Both the position numbers and the translations under genes were made by a program. The notes beneath the pieces are model-generated. The model had not been told where the DNA came from, ran no database searches, and saw only the letters and a list, made by a program, of their open reading frames with translations. From Stegostoma tigrinum (Eukaryota), in contig NC_081391.1 in assembly GCF_030684315.1 (NCBI RefSeq), positions 13,245,342-13,309,341 on the forward strand: a stretch of 64,000 nt of DNA, written 5' to 3'. This document shows, piece by piece, positions 61,381-64,000 of this stretch (its first letter is position 1; each line of letters starts with the position of its first letter).

Positions 61381-64000
61381 ACCAGAGTTTGCTGGATCTA
61401 CACCAACTCGCCACAGCCCAGACTGACCCTCATGTAAGCTTCACCTCTTCATTCTCATCACTGCCATGCCTCTTCAACTTCATTGGTTGGTCTTTGTGGA
61501 GTGGAAATTCGCAGACGTAACTTTGTCCAGATGCTACATTGTACCTTTGTCATCATAATTATGATGACAATGTTAAACTGCTCAACACCGAACTGAAATA
61601 GGAATTTGGATTACAGTCTAGTGGGAATGCTGATGTGACTTTTTTGACTGCTGAATTGGGGATTGTTGCACTATACAAGACAACTTGGAGCTCTTTGAGA
61701 AGGTGAGATGGAGCAGCTGAAATGTCCTCACTGGCACAAATTCTCCACCTATTAGCTAGATTTTCAGGGCTGTCTAGAGCTAGTTGTGGCTCAGTCTTTT
61801 TCAGGAGGAATTGTGAAGTTGTCTTGGATAGTATAAATGTACCAAGTGTCATATTCCTCTGTTGCAGCTGTGACTTCCTGGAGACTCACTATTTGGATGA
61901 GGAGGTGGAGATCATCAAGCAACTTGGGGACTACATCACCAACCTGAAGCGCCTGGGAGCCCCTGAGAATGGGATGGGAGAGTACCTGTTTGACAGGCTC
62001 TCCCTGGAGGACAGCAGTTAGTGTGGCCTGGAGTACTGTCTGCTTGGTCTGAATGCATTCCCCACTTCACCCTGGACAACCTGTCTCCTTCCAGGGAGAA
62101 GGGACTTGGAGCAAAGAATGTGATGGCTGTACCAGCTGAATGGGAATGAATAAAATCATGTATTGATCTTGTTTATTGTCCATCATTCAGAGCACTGGAT
62201 ATTTTGGGAAATGTCTTATTGAGCGTGAAGGCAGTCCTCTTTCTGTAGTTTGGCTGACCCAATTACTAATTGGACATGAAAACAACTTTTCAATGGATGT
62301 ATTTACTAACTCTCGATCATTGCACAGTAACTAGTTGGACTTGCTTTTTCTCATGACACAGACTCAAGACTTTCCCCTCTTAATAGGATGAGGTTGGTGT
62401 TTCCACAATTGTGGGATGGAAAATCTTCCAGAGGTCAATTAGTACACTTCTGGATACTGTAGGTTCAATTGTAGTTCAGAACTTGTCTTCCTTTTTGAAA
62501 CAGGAAGTTCCCGTACCTTCTCTAAGGGATAAACCAGACGCCCATTCCATAGAATCTGGGATATCTACGTTCAATGCCAGGTTTCCCTTCCTACAGCCTC
62601 CACTCAGTCACCACGAGCAATGAGATTTGTCACTCGGACACTAATCTAATGGGAAGACAAGTCTGTGATCTGGAGGCTGGATCAGTTGACAAAATGCTGG
62701 CGGGAGTAGATATATCAAGTTCTGCTCTCAATCCAGTTGCAGGAACCAGCTAAGTTAGGAAAGACACAGGCTTGATTCATCTGGTGTAACCTCCCCAGCG
62801 AGGCCCTACCATGACCAGTATTTTCTATTCTCAGCGTTGTTGTTTTTGGCCTCCTGTGGATGTAGCCTAGGGATCTTGGAGCCGGTTATGGATCAAAGCA
62901 GGACCAGCACTGGAGGCCTGTGACCTTCTCTTTCTCCCCATCTCTTGTTCCAGCTAACTGCAGTTGCACCCCCTGCCTGGTTCAATCCCTCTTGACAGTT
63001 CTGAGGAAGGGTGGCTGGACTCACTGTGGGTTGGCTTTTTCATTCCTCCATCTGAGTAACATAGCCCGCTCCATCTTTGCTCACGAAGGAGTCAGTCCAC
63101 ACTGGCGCTGAGCTTTTCCCAATAGCAATCCAAAATTGTCTTTAATGTGGCATCCTCCCCTTCTTCCTCCACCACACCCCCCTTCTCTTCCCAGCGTTCA
63201 CTCCAACAAGCTACCCAGCCCAGATCTGGGAAAATTCAGCACAAACGTTTGCAGAAGCCACTTACCAACAGGTCAGCTGGAATTCCCCTGATCTGTATGA
63301 GATTACAATGTCTGCTCTTGATGCTAACCTCCTGCTCAGGGACACCCTGTTCCCTTAATCCCACATTTCCCATGGCTAATCTAACAAATCCGAATGCCCC
63401 TTGTCACTGTCAGCAATTATCTTTGCCAATCGACCTAATCTGCAACCCATTGGACTAGGGGAGGGAGTCGGAGCAGATGGTGGAAATCCATGCAGACGCA
63501 GGGAGAATGTGCAAACTCCACGCATGTTGCCAAAGGCTCGAATTGAACCAGAGTCCCTGTGGCTGTGACGTATCAGTGCTCACCACTGAGCCCCCATCAC
63601 GTCCAAAAGTACCAAACAAAAGGGGGAAGCTGTTGCACAGTCATCAAGTCGTACATCATGGAAATAGACTCTTCTGCCCACACAGTCCCTACACACCAGG
63701 TTTCCAAAACTCTGTAGTGCCATTTGGCCCATCTTCCTCGAAGCCATTCCTTCCCCCATAAGTGTCCAAATGTCTCATCAAAGTGGTAATTATACGCACC
63801 TCTCCCGCTTCTTCTGGCAGCTCGTTCCATACACACACACACCACCCTCTGTGTGAAAACATGGTCCCTCATGTCCCTTTTAAATTTTTGCCCCTCTCCC
63901 CTCAAACCGATGCCCTCCAGTTTTGGACTCCCCTAATCTGTCCCAGCATGCTTTTTATATAAAGTCAATCTCGAGTGTGCCAAGGGCAAGGCTACGTTTA
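61381..64000 (+). repeat. Higher-order repeat of window positions 1-~2730
   Basis: Colinear near-identity: ORF pairs 1551/62920, 1778/63147 and 2209/63477, and the same exon-4 2-bp deletion. Confidence 0.9.

Larger units (their letters stand above)
57507..62021 (+). pseudogene. Ferritin copy H pseudogene
   Basis: Exons 57507-57608 (start reads CTG next to the gap), 60746-60892 (donor GT>TT; E61V, H65R), 61308-61433 and 61868-62021 (2-bp deletion at the exon start). Intron 2 is shortened to ~415 bp. AATAAA at 62149-62154. Confidence 0.88.

Overview
Eukaryotic (vertebrate) DNA. The repeat content (CR1/HER1-type LINEs, HE1/V-SINE-like tRNA SINEs, Neptune-type Penelope remnants) points to a cartilaginous fish, by inference. 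The whole window is a head-to-tail + strand array of eight four-exon ferritin gene copies (called A-H here, spaced about 8-10 kb). All introns are phase 0 and the intact CDS is 102+147+126+156 nt, giving 176 aa. B, E, F and G look intact. C has a mutated splice acceptor, and A, D and H are pseudogenes. Every readable copy has Lys at the position of ferroxidase ligand E62 and Glu at Q141 (human H numbering), as in L chains, but keeps E27/Y34/E107, and H65 in all but the D and H pseudogenes. None of the six complete 5' UTRs contains a canonical iron-responsive element. Each copy with a visible 5' end has a conserved TATA/CCAAT/CRE-like/ETS promoter with a DR1 nuclear-receptor site. The array shows nested duplications (a ~13 kb block repeated at a ~25.9 kb offset, and a ~61.4 kb higher-order repeat), chimeric copies, and strong homogenisation of exons. 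There is an assembly gap with low-complexity filler at 56819-57500.
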